A DNA stretch of 34,641 bases, from NCBI GenBank assembly GCA_045632325.1, contig JAZQWK010000188.1:1-34641 (forward strand), given 5' to 3'. Positions 1-8,480 of this stretch are shown in pieces. A program made the translations under genes and the position numbers. The stretch is from Eubacteriales bacterium (GTDB lineage Bacteria; Bacillota; Clostridia; Oscillospirales; CAG-272). Position 1 is the first letter of the stretch. Each line of letters begins with the position of its first letter. The notes beneath the pieces are model-generated. The model was not told where the DNA came from and made no database searches. It worked only from the letters and a program-made list of their open reading frames with translations.

Positions 1-869
1 GGTGCTTCGTCGCTCCAAAGCTGGGGATCGTCGATGTGGAAGGTGATTACCGCGTTGCCGTCAGCATCGGCTTCGACTGCACCTGCACCGATCTCACAGC
101 CGCATCCGCAGACTGCCTTCCATTCGATCGGAAGTGCGCCGTTTGCGGTGACAGCGATCTTGACGTCTGCCGCGGAGAAATCGTCGGCAATGTCTTCGGT
201 GACCTTGAAGTCAACGATGTGCGCCTTATCGCGGTACAGAAGGTACACTTCGCGGAACAGACCGGACATTCTCCACATATCCTGATCTTCCAGATAAGAG
301 CCGTCGCTCCACTTGAAGACGAGCACGCGGATGTCGTTGTCGCCTGCGTTGAGATACTTGGAAACCGCAAATTCGCTGGTCATATGTGCGACCTGGGAAT
401 AACCGACAAACTGACCGTTGATATACAGATAGAAGCAGGAATCCACGCCTTCAAAGTTGAGGTAGATCTCCTTTTCGTCAAGGACGGATGCTTCAACCGT
501 AAAGGTACGCTGATACAGTGCACAGGGATTTTCATCGGGCACGTAGGGTGCATCCTGCGGGTAAGGATAATTGACGTTGGTATAGTTGGGAACGTCATAA
601 CCGGCATCGAGCTTTGCCTGCCAGTTCATCGGCACGGTCATCGTATCGGTAAATTCAATACCGCCAGCCCAGAAAGGTTCAATTTCGGTTTCATTGTGAT
701 AGAATTTGAAATTCCATTCGCCGCACAGGGACTTGAAATATGCGGACATACCGCGCTCTCCCTGCTTTGCCTTGCAAGCGGCATCATACGGAATATAATA
801 CGCGCGCGGTACCTCGGTACCGACGTGCAGCGTATGCGGGTCTTCATGATAATGCGGCAGCTTTGCCAT
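1..869 (-). CDS. lacZ: Beta-galactosidase, GH2 family (LacZ/EbgA-like), N-terminal part; continues past the left window edge
   Basis: Manual translation from ATG at 869: MAKLPHYHEDPHTLHVGTEVPRAYYIPY...SLCGEWNFKFY...PNYTNVNYPYP...FEGVDSCFYLYINGQFVGYSQVAHMTSEF...KWSDGSYLEDQDMWRMSGLFREVYL...PQLWSDEAP. These are hallmark GH2 sugar-binding-domain motifs. An in-frame TTG at 896 is an alternative start. Not in the ORF track because no stop falls within the window. Confidence 0.93.
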   Translation of the reverse strand, partial: MAKLPHYHEDPHTLHVGTEVPRAYYIPYDAACKAKQGERGMSAYFKSLCGEWNFKFYHNETEIEPFWAGGIEFTDTMTVPMNWQAKLDAGYDVPNYTNVNYPYPQDAPYVPDENPCALYQRTFTVEASVLDEKEIYLNFEGVDSCFYLYINGQFVGYSQVAHMTSEFAVSKYLNAGDNDIRVLVFKWSDGSYLEDQDMWRMSGLFREVYLLYRDKAHIVDFKVTEDIADDFSAADVKIAVTANGALPIEWKAVCGCGCEIGAGAVEADADGNAVITFHIDDPQLWSDEA

Positions 870-937
870 AATCGGAATTACCTTATCGTCAGCCAAAAAC
901 GGCGTCGGATTCCTTTCTTGATAATACGGAAATCAAA

Positions 938-1663
938 TCAAACGAGAGCCTTGCGGTAGTCGCACTGGTGCATCGGGGAGCCGAAATCGTTGGGTGCTGC
1001 CCACTTGACACCGTTGTACAGGATCTTCTGTACGTATTCGTTATAGAAGGAACGGCATGCTTCATGACCGGGCTGGAAGTAGAAGACCTTACCGCGTCCG
1101 CGATGATAGGTACAGCCGGAGCGGAAGACGTAGCCGTGTTCGAACCAGGAGATAAACAGCAGCTCATCAGGCTGGGGAATCATGAAGGGCTCGCCGTACA
1201 TTTCCTCGGTACCAAGGTCAACGTATTCGGGAATACCTGCGGTGATCGGGTGGGACGGAAGAACGTTCCACAGAATTTCGTGCTGATCGTCACCCCACAG
1301 CAGCTTACCGGAGGTACCGACGATCTCACGGAACGGCTTGGACATATGTGCGGAGTGCATGGCAACGAAGCCCATACCGTCGTCGTAAACGCGCTTCTTG
1401 ATTCTCTGAACCAGCGCATCGTCAACGTCACCGTGTGCCATATGACCCCACCACATGAGGACGTCGGTGTTGTTCAGAACGTCATCCGGCAGACCCTGAT
1501 CGGGATCGTCGAGTGCCGCGATGCGAACCTCAAGGTCGTCGTACTGATCGAGGAAATCCTTGACGCAGCCATGGATACCCTTGGGGTAGATTTCACGGAT
1601 GAATTCCTCGGATTTTTCGTGTCTGTATTCGTTCCAGACCGTTACGCGAATCTTATTTGCCAT
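938..1663 (-). CDS. thuA: ThuA-family (trehalose utilisation-like) protein
   Basis: IRVTVWNEYRHE, YPKGIHG, DVLMWWGHMAHGDV, GFVAMHSAHMSKPF, EEMYGEPF, FRSGCTY.RGRGKVFYFQPGHE are characteristic of ThuA. AAAGGA RBS upstream. Confidence 0.92.
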   Translation of the reverse strand: MANKIRVTVWNEYRHEKSEEFIREIYPKGIHGCVKDFLDQYDDLEVRIAALDDPDQGLPDDVLNNTDVLMWWGHMAHGDVDDALVQRIKKRVYDDGMGFVAMHSAHMSKPFREIVGTSGKLLWGDDQHEILWNVLPSHPITAGIPEYVDLGTEEMYGEPFMIPQPDELLFISWFEHGYVFRSGCTYHRGRGKVFYFQPGHEACRSFYNEYVQKILYNGVKWAAPNDFGSPMHQCDYRKALV

Positions 1664-1708
1664 TGTATATACCTATCCTTTCCAAAAAAGAAAATTACTG
1701 TTATCTAT

Positions 1709-1737
1709 ATTATGTCATATTCCGCCATCAAAGTCAA
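1709..1737 (-). promoter_or_regulatory. Putative sigmaA promoter for thuA-lacZ
   Basis: Minus strand TTGACT (1737-1732), 17-bp spacer, TGa-CATAAT (extended -10; hexamer 1714-1709). Confidence 0.7.
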
Positions 1738-1744
1738 GTGCTTT

Positions 1745-1768
1745 TTTGAAAATATCGAAATTTTCAAA
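1745..1768. promoter_or_regulatory. 24-bp near-perfect palindrome, candidate operator upstream of the thuA promoter
   Basis: TTTGAAAAT-A-TCGA-A-ATTTTCAAA: 11 of 12 symmetric pairs match; lies 7 bp upstream of the -35 hexamer. Confidence 0.5.
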
Positions 1769-1782
1769 CAGATCGCCGTGCG

Positions 1783-4700
1783 TTATCCCTTGATTTTATA
1801 ATAATCCATTGCAGATTCGAAGATCCGCATTTCCTTGGATCCGGGAACGTTGATGCACAGCGAATCATCCACACGATCCGGGTGCGTCATACGTCCCATC
1901 ACGCGTCCGTCACGGGAGAAAACACCTTCGACCGCATAGTCAGACGCAAACGGATTCCACGCAGGATCCATCGTCGGATTGTGATCGGCATCGACGTACT
2001 GCCCTGCGATCTGTCCGTGCGCGCCCATTTCGAGAACGAGTTCACCGGGAATCAGACACCGTCCCGCTTTGGATGCCACGGGAAGCGTATAGATCTCTCC
2101 GGATTCACAGAAGCGCATCCACGGTGAATCGACCGACATGACCCGTACGCGCACGGGCTTTGCAATCAGATGACCGCACGGATTTTCGCCAAGCGTCATC
2201 CGATCTTCTTCCATATGCACTTCGTCTGCCAGCAGAGGAGACGCCAGCAGCATACGGAAGCCCTCGCCCAGTCCGAGTGTCAGCGTTTCCCTGCGTTCAC
2301 GGAAACGGCACAGCGCATCGTTCAAATGCGGCTGCGCAAAGACAGCCTGTGCAAACCGCGCAGCAGGATCGGTAACGGCAGCGGGAATACTGCCGTAGTC
2401 GGGATAACTGCCGCCCGGAAACGCCAATATTTGCGTTTCATCCAACAAGGATGCAAATTGGAGGCACGCCTGACGAAACGCATCGCGGGAACGGCACGAA
2501 AACAGCATACGGATCGGTTCAAAGCCTGCACGGGCGAATCTCGCGGCAAGCACGTCCTCACCGGTAATATACGGAAGAACCGGAAGCAGGACACGCGGTT
2601 TCGGAAGACTGATATGCGGATGCGCAATGCTGTGCTTCGGCATTGGGAAAGCAGGCACAATGGCACTTCCTCTGACTTCTGCTTGTTCCGAGCCGTATAG
2701 CTTTTCTTCCGGCTTCTGCCAGACCGATGACAAAACGGACAGCGGAATACTCGTACCGCCGATCAGAATGTTGGCGGTATCCTTCGTATATCCAAGCAAT
2801 ACCCCGCGCAGTTCCCTGTCGGTTTCCACGAGAAACGCGCCGGGCTTGTCTTCAAACAGCATTTTAACGGGCGGCACGGTTTCGTAGTTGAAGCCGATGC
2901 GGTTGCCAAAGCACATCATGGCAACGGTCGCCGCAATACCGCCCGATCCGATCGGGCTGCAGGACGAGATCGCGCCCTCGTTGTACAGCTGGTGCAGATA
3001 CCGCAATAATCCGCGTTCCTCCTCCGCGATCGGCAGATGATCGTCCGTATAGTTCGGCGTCAGAAGATACACGCGTGAGCCTGCTTTTTTAAATTCGGGC
3101 GTGATCAGCTCCTCTTGCTCACGAACGGCGGCGCCGAACGCGATCACGGTCGGAGGAACGTCTCCCTGCGATGAGGTTCCGTTCATGGAATCCTTGCCGC
3201 CGATCGCCGCGACCTCATAATCCATCTGTGCGCGGAATGCACCGAGCATGGCCGCCATGGGAACGCCGAAGCGGATCGGATCTTCTCCGACACACGGAAA
3301 ATATTCCTGCAGTGACAGCACGATATCCGACGTGGAAACGCCTGCCGCCGCAAAACGGCAGATCACCTGCAAAACGGCAAGGTACGCGCCGTGATACGGG
3401 CTCTGTACCGCGTAACGCGGCAGATATCCGGCGCAGAACACCGCCGTTGTATGCGTTTCTCCCATTCCCATGCTGACCGACGGGAATCGGTACGCCATAT
3501 ATCCGGTCGGCGTCAGCATGGTCTTTCCACCCAGCGGAAGCATAACTGTTCTGCCGCCTGCCGTCGTATCAAACCGTTCCGACAGCAGCTTCTGCGATGC
3601 GACCTCAGGATGCATCATCACGCGGAGATATCGCTCGGTTAAATCTTCGCCGACCAGACGGTCCGATATCGCCCGATACATATTTTCCGTATCCGCACGG
3701 GGAATGTGCGCACTGACGCGGCGCTCCGCACCTGTGGAATCCAGAAAATCACGCGACAGCGACAGCAAGCTGCGATCCCACCAGCGCATACGGAAGCGTC
3801 GTTCTGCGGTCACCGTGCCGATCAGCGTCGCCTCAAGATCCTCCAGTGCCGCAATACGCGTCACCTCTGCCAGTTGGGTCGACGGAATGACGAGGAGCAT
3901 ACGCGCCTGGGTTTCCGAAAACGCAATCTCGTACGGTCCCATAATGCGTCCCGTACTGATACGGTCAGACACCGTCGTCGGAACGCGGTCGAGGTCGATT
4001 CGCACGCCTTCCGCAAGCTCTGCCGCCGCAACGGCAAGACCGCCCGATGAAATATCCTCCGCGCGTTTGATCAGCTTCATCAAATCCCGACGGCGCATCA
4101 GACGAACCAATGCCCGCGCAGCCTGCGGATCGCCCATTTGTGACGTATACGTCTGACGCTCTCCGCGGCGGGATTGCAGCACGGACTCTGAACGACCCGC
4201 AGAAGCCGATAAGCCGCCGCCCAGACCGTCACGTCCCGTTCTTGCACCGACCAGCACGATCACGTCGCCCGGAAGCGGTTTTTCGGATACGTACCCGTCT
4301 GCAGGTGCAGCTGCTGCCGAAAAACAAACCTCCATGTGCTTTGCGGCGAAATCGGGATGATAATACTCGTAAACGAGTCCCGTCGGAATACCGCTTTGAA
4401 CACCGTACGCGGCAAAGCCGTCAGCAGCTTCCACACCGTGGCGCAGTGCCGCAGCCTGACGGTCAGCCGCTTCTGCATTTTGGAGCTCTGCATGCGGCAA
4501 AATCCGCGCAGCTCCGCCTGCGACGCGCATTGCGGCAAATACCTCTGCCCGTGCGGACAGCGGATCGGCAATGGTCGCACCGAAACTGGAAAAAGCACCG
4601 AAATACGGATCTTTTTCCGTTGAATGGTTATGTGTTTCATTTTTGAAATGCAGCAGCCACGGAACGCGTTCCGTTTCCGTCTTTTGTGTCTTCGGATCGG

Positions 4701-5658
4701 TTCTCTGTTCCTCCACGACTGCGCGGACGGTGAACGCATTCCGCTCTCCCGTCTCTGCAATGCGCGGCAGCTTTCCTTCACGACCGAGATATTTTTCCGC
4801 AACCGTTGCAATATCCATCAGCGTGATATTTTTCGGGCGTGTGCCGTACAAGGCTTCCCGTACGTCCAGATACTGCTCAAAGGCTGCCGCAATTTCGGGA
4901 TCATCAATAGAAAGGTCCTGAACCGCCGTCAAAAACGAGATATGGCGGCAATGGTCGGACCAATACGTGTCGATCATGCGCAGTTCAAACCGTCCCGGAT
5001 CCCGCTTCTCCTCCACGCGAAAATAGCTTTGGATAAATAAAAGGTCATCCGTCGACATACGGAAATTTTCTTCTACCGCAAACATGGTCAGTTCTTCTGC
5101 ACCCATATTTCGGAATTCACGGATCGGCATCCAATCGTCGTCGGTCTGCTGTGACAGCGGCGGCAGTGTTCCCGTTGTAAACAGCGGGAGCTCTGCAGTG
5201 CTTGCGGGATTGATCAGAAGCCGTTTCAGACGCGCACGCTCTTCTTCCCGCAGTTCACCGTCGATCAAAAAGACGTCCGCCTGTCTGAAGTACAACCGAT
5301 CCTCCGAAAGCGCATCCTGCATTTCACCGTGGTCCTGCATATACGTCATGCGCAGTGCACGTTCCGTTAATTGCTCTGCAGGACGGCGAAACAGCGGAAT
5401 GACACAATAACAGGTACAATCCTTCCGCTGTACCTGTGCTCGAACGGCGTCTTCTTCAACGATCCGTTCCGTTGCACTGTCAAGCAAAAGATGTTTTGGT
5501 ATCCCCGGAAGCTCGTCTGCAAGATCGACGATCATACACCGTAAGATCCGTACCTCATTTACCGTATGCATCCCGTAGTGCTCGGTCAGATGACGGTAAA
5601 GCCGCCGCGCGGCGTAGGCATATTCCGTTTTCTTTTCAATAAAAATATGCTGCCGCAT
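1783..5658 (-). CDS. purL: Large-type phosphoribosylformylglycinamidine synthase (PurL) homologue, divergent, with a degenerate glutaminase domain
   Basis: 1291 aa. DTYWSDHCRH, KNETHNH, GARTGRDGLGG and GGKDSMNG motifs of fused clostridial PurL. The C-terminal GATase domain has LGLGEGF in place of LGICNGF. GGAGG RBS. Confidence 0.88.
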   Translation of the reverse strand: MRQHIFIEKKTEYAYAARRLYRHLTEHYGMHTVNEVRILRCMIVDLADELPGIPKHLLLDSATERIVEEDAVRAQVQRKDCTCYCVIPLFRRPAEQLTERALRMTYMQDHGEMQDALSEDRLYFRQADVFLIDGELREEERARLKRLLINPASTAELPLFTTGTLPPLSQQTDDDWMPIREFRNMGAEELTMFAVEENFRMSTDDLLFIQSYFRVEEKRDPGRFELRMIDTYWSDHCRHISFLTAVQDLSIDDPEIAAAFEQYLDVREALYGTRPKNITLMDIATVAEKYLGREGKLPRIAETGERNAFTVRAVVEEQRTDPKTQKTETERVPWLLHFKNETHNHSTEKDPYFGAFSSFGATIADPLSARAEVFAAMRVAGGAARILPHAELQNAEAADRQAAALRHGVEAADGFAAYGVQSGIPTGLVYEYYHPDFAAKHMEVCFSAAAAPADGYVSEKPLPGDVIVLVGARTGRDGLGGGLSASAGRSESVLQSRRGERQTYTSQMGDPQAARALVRLMRRRDLMKLIKRAEDISSGGLAVAAAELAEGVRIDLDRVPTTVSDRISTGRIMGPYEIAFSETQARMLLVIPSTQLAEVTRIAALEDLEATLIGTVTAERRFRMRWWDRSLLSLSRDFLDSTGAERRVSAHIPRADTENMYRAISDRLVGEDLTERYLRVMMHPEVASQKLLSERFDTTAGGRTVMLPLGGKTMLTPTGYMAYRFPSVSMGMGETHTTAVFCAGYLPRYAVQSPYHGAYLAVLQVICRFAAAGVSTSDIVLSLQEYFPCVGEDPIRFGVPMAAMLGAFRAQMDYEVAAIGGKDSMNGTSSQGDVPPTVIAFGAAVREQEELITPEFKKAGSRVYLLTPNYTDDHLPIAEEERGLLRYLHQLYNEGAISSCSPIGSGGIAATVAMMCFGNRIGFNYETVPPVKMLFEDKPGAFLVETDRELRGVLLGYTKDTANILIGGTSIPLSVLSSVWQKPEEKLYGSEQAEVRGSAIVPAFPMPKHSIAHPHISLPKPRVLLPVLPYITGEDVLAARFARAGFEPIRMLFSCRSRDAFRQACLQFASLLDETQILAFPGGSYPDYGSIPAAVTDPAARFAQAVFAQPHLNDALCRFRERRETLTLGLGEGFRMLLASPLLADEVHMEEDRMTLGENPCGHLIAKPVRVRVMSVDSPWMRFCESGEIYTLPVASKAGRCLIPGELVLEMGAHGQIAGQYVDADHNPTMDPAWNPFASDYAVEGVFSRDGRVMGRMTHPDRVDDSLCINVPGSKEMRIFESAMDYYKIKG

Positions 5659-5673
5659 TGGCTGCCTCCATGT

Positions 5674-7050
5674 TTAAATCAATTCACCGATCAAAGCAGT
5701 CTGTTCTGCACTGATGATTCGAATTTCTCTGATTTCCCGATCTACGGGCATTTCGCTTTGAATATGCACCTCAAGAAACGTATCCGTATGCCCCGTTACG
5801 ATGCCATCCTTATACGTCTCTGCCAAGAACATGACCGTTTTTCCGCTCTCAGATAAGCGTTCAGCCATCTCACGGTAAATATCGGCCTCGATCTCATTCT
5901 GCAAAGCGATCAACGCGTTGGCGCGTCGGTTTTTCTCTGCATTTTCAAGCTGCCCCGACATCTTATCCGCCGGCGTATTCTTTCGCTTGGAATACGGGAA
6001 AACGTGAATGTGCAGAAGGCGCGCTTCCTTGGCAAACGTCATCGTTTCCTCAAATTCCATATCCGTCTCCTGCGGGAAACCCGTCATGATATCCGTCGTA
6101 AATTGCACGTCCGGTATTTTTTCTCTGATATCGGCAAGGATCTCCCTGACCTGCTTCATATTGTATTTTCGCTTCATGCGCTGCAGGACCGTATCCGATC
6201 CGCTTTGCAGCGACAAATGGAAATGGTGCGTCAGAAGTTTGAGCGACGCCATACGCGCAACCGTTTCCGGCTTCATATACGTCGGCTCCAGAGAACCGAG
6301 TCTGATACGGATCGGCTCTCCCGCAAACGTCGCCTCAACGTCCTCTAAAAGATCGATCAAGCGGTACGTCTGCAATTCGGGATCCCCGCCACGTTTCCAA
6401 TCTACGCCGTAGGAGGCGGTTTCAATACCGGTCAGAACGATCTCACGGTAACCGTTCTTCACAAGATCACGGATCTCCGAAATGACGGCTTCGGGACGCT
6501 TGGATACAACAAGACCACGCGCGTTCGGAATCGCACAGTAGGTACAGCGGTTTTCACATCCGTCCTCGATCTTGATATAGGCACGGGTTCTCTCAAGTCC
6601 CGTATGCTGCAGGGACATCGGCTCCATGCCAAGCGATTCGAGCGGCGGAACGTTGGTCTTCTGATACGCAGATTCCATTCTTTGCACGTGCGCAACCGCC
6701 ACATCAACGCAGGAAAGCTTATTTCGCGAACCGCAGACGTAGGTCACACCTTCGATTTCTGCTGCTCGTTCGGGCTGGGTCTGAGCCATACAGCCTGTGA
6801 CGAGGATCGCGGGTGCGCGTTCTCTGCCTTTTCCGCGTTTTATAGCTCGACGTATCATCTGACACGCCTTTCTGTCCGATTCAGCCGTTACCGTGCAGGT
6901 GTTGACGATATATACGTCTGCATCCTCATCAAACGGCACGATTTTGAAATTTTTCTTTTCCAGAGCTTCTGCGATTGCTTCGCTCTCATACTGATTGACC
7001 TTGCAGCCAAGCGTCATAATCGCAGCTTTCCATATTTGATTCTGATTCAT
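5674..7050 (-). CDS. mtaB: tRNA t6A37 methylthiotransferase MtaB (radical SAM)
   Basis: TLGCKVNQYESE, VNTCTVTAESDRK, VTGCMAQ, radical-SAM CENRCTYC, HFHLSLQSGSDTVLQRMKRKY, IHVFPYSKRKNTPA. Start placed at ATG 7050 behind AAAGGA; the track's 7083 start overlaps the upstream gene. Confidence 0.93.
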   Translation of the reverse strand: MNQNQIWKAAIMTLGCKVNQYESEAIAEALEKKNFKIVPFDEDADVYIVNTCTVTAESDRKACQMIRRAIKRGKGRERAPAILVTGCMAQTQPERAAEIEGVTYVCGSRNKLSCVDVAVAHVQRMESAYQKTNVPPLESLGMEPMSLQHTGLERTRAYIKIEDGCENRCTYCAIPNARGLVVSKRPEAVISEIRDLVKNGYREIVLTGIETASYGVDWKRGGDPELQTYRLIDLLEDVEATFAGEPIRIRLGSLEPTYMKPETVARMASLKLLTHHFHLSLQSGSDTVLQRMKRKYNMKQVREILADIREKIPDVQFTTDIMTGFPQETDMEFEETMTFAKEARLLHIHVFPYSKRKNTPADKMSGQLENAEKNRRANALIALQNEIEADIYREMAERLSESGKTVMFLAETYKDGIVTGHTDTFLEVHIQSEMPVDREIREIRIISAEQTALIGELI

Positions 7051-7063
7051 TCTCTGATATCCT

Positions 7064-8311
7064 TTATTCCTGTTCGTTTCCAACCAATGCGGTCACGATA
7101 TATCCGTCAATATTGTTGCCGGAGATCTCATACGACCTTGCCGTTTTGGGGATGGGAAGCTTTTGACCGTCTTTTCCGCTCGACTTTACATAATACAAAC
7201 AATACAAATCACCGTTGTCTGCCGTAATGTAATATCGTGTTCCGTTATAACTGTAATCGCGGATAAAATTGATATATTCTTCAAGCGCAAGACCCATGTT
7301 CTTGATGGCGAGCGCATTGCCGATACCGACGTAACGGTAGTGCCACGATTCATACGAGATCTTCGTTACGTCCTCTTTGCTGGCGGAATAACGAAGGATA
7401 AAGCCGTACTGTGCACAATTCTGATCGACCCAAAAGTATTCGTTTTTACCGTCGAACGTCCACATTGCTTCATCGCCTTCAACGTCCAGATCGCCTTCAT
7501 CGTAAACGGCAAGGTCCATGGCGTATCCGGTGTGGTGCTCGCTATATCCAGGCTTCTGCACGTATTTTTCCGCATATTCTGCACCGTTTAACTGCAGCTT
7601 GCTGTCGTATACTTCCTGCTGCTGCTTCGCATTACGGAAACCGCTGTTGACCATGATGTTTCTGTTTTCCGTTTCTTCATAGAAATCATCCATCATAGCG
7701 TTCATTGCCTGGATCATCTCCATGCGCAAAAAAACACTGCCGCTTGTTACTTTATAGCTTTTCGACTTATTTTTATAAACGGAATAAACGTCTTCCTCAT
7801 CTTCAAATACATAGGGGACGTCAAAATTGACAAGGATACACGAGCCGCGATGGATATCATCCGCATTAACCGTGACGTACTTCGTCAGATATCCGTCACG
7901 CTCCTGCTCGGTGATATACGGACCGTACACAAGGTTATCGGGATTGGAAAACGGCATTCTCGTCTTGTCAGAAAAGACGTATTCCCAATCTATGCTTCTG
8001 ACGATCAACAGTGACAGCGACACGAAGATCATGACAACCAGCACAACGGCAAGTCCGGAAACTGCACCTTTGCGCCTTTTGAGTCTTCTTTTCGTTCGGT
8101 TCTGATGCGGATGATTGGTTTTTGTCACGATTTGGGAATATCGGGCAGTGTGCATTGCATTCGCATGAGAACGCGGGTCGGGATTTCCCATCTGACGAGC
8201 CGTTCCGTTTACGCGCTGTGCCCGTGTTTGATTCGCAGCAGTTCCCTGCGCTTGACGTCTTTGCTGCGCTGACGGATTCGTATTATGTTTCGCTTGATTC
8301 TGATTCTGCAT
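7064..8311 (-). CDS. Membrane-anchored M15B (VanY/LdcB-like) Zn peptidoglycan carboxypeptidase
   Basis: Basic low-complexity N-terminus, one TM helix (LAVVLVVMIFVSLSLLIV), SGFR, SEHHTGYAMD and ESWHYRYVG Zn-binding motifs. ATG 8311 has an AGGAG RBS; GTG 8344 is the alternative. Confidence 0.88.
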   Translation of the reverse strand: MQNQNQAKHNTNPSAQQRRQAQGTAANQTRAQRVNGTARQMGNPDPRSHANAMHTARYSQIVTKTNHPHQNRTKRRLKRRKGAVSGLAVVLVVMIFVSLSLLIVRSIDWEYVFSDKTRMPFSNPDNLVYGPYITEQERDGYLTKYVTVNADDIHRGSCILVNFDVPYVFEDEEDVYSVYKNKSKSYKVTSGSVFLRMEMIQAMNAMMDDFYEETENRNIMVNSGFRNAKQQQEVYDSKLQLNGAEYAEKYVQKPGYSEHHTGYAMDLAVYDEGDLDVEGDEAMWTFDGKNEYFWVDQNCAQYGFILRYSASKEDVTKISYESWHYRYVGIGNALAIKNMGLALEEYINFIRDYSYNGTRYYITADNGDLYCLYYVKSSGKDGQKLPIPKTARSYEISGNNIDGYIVTALVGNEQE

Positions 8312-8369
8312 GGGTTTCTCCTGTTTATTTGGATCGGAGATCACTTTTATATGAAATAATATTGATTAC

Positions 8370-8378
8370 ATTATAGCA
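8370..8378 (-). promoter_or_regulatory. Extended -10 promoter element for the M15B-mtaB-purL unit
   Basis: TGCTATAAT on the minus strand in an AT-rich intergenic region; no recognisable -35. Confidence 0.5.
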
Positions 8379-8438
8379 TATTTCAAAGCAAAAAAAAAGG
8401 TCTATTCTTTAAATTTTTATCAAAACTGAAAATTTATC

Positions 8439-8471
8439 AAAAAAAAGAGTGCCGCATATGCGACACTCTTT
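8439..8471 (-). terminator. Rho-independent terminator of the carbohydrate-uptake operon
   Basis: Minus strand AAAGAGTGTCGC-ATAT-GCGGCACTCTTT running into a T8 tract, about 10 nt after the last permease stop codon. Confidence 0.88.
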
Positions 8472-8480
8472 GTGTTTTGA

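Noticed and set aside
904-919. 16-bp sequence AAGAAAGGAATCCGAC on the minus strand here and on the plus strand at about 30309-30324
   Set aside because: The core is the GAAAGGA Shine-Dalgarno used by many genes in this window; two copies do not support a repeat family.
938-1663. ThuA (class I GATase-like fold) as the missing glutaminase for the adjacent Cys-less PurL
   Set aside because: ThuA has AMHSAH rather than a Cys nucleophile elbow and has its own promoter linking it to the GH2 gene.
36-1801. Plus-strand ORFs 36-959 and 968-1801
   Set aside because: Antisense shadows of the GH2 and thuA genes, which carry clear family motifs on the minus strand.
1783-5658. purL as a pseudogene
   Set aside because: Intact 1291-codon frame, good RBS and retained synthetase His motifs; divergence consists of substitutions, not disruptions.
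7064-8311. VanY-like gene as a vancomycin-resistance determinant
   Set aside because: No vanHAX, vanRS or ligase genes nearby; membrane M15B peptidases are ordinary cell-wall enzymes.
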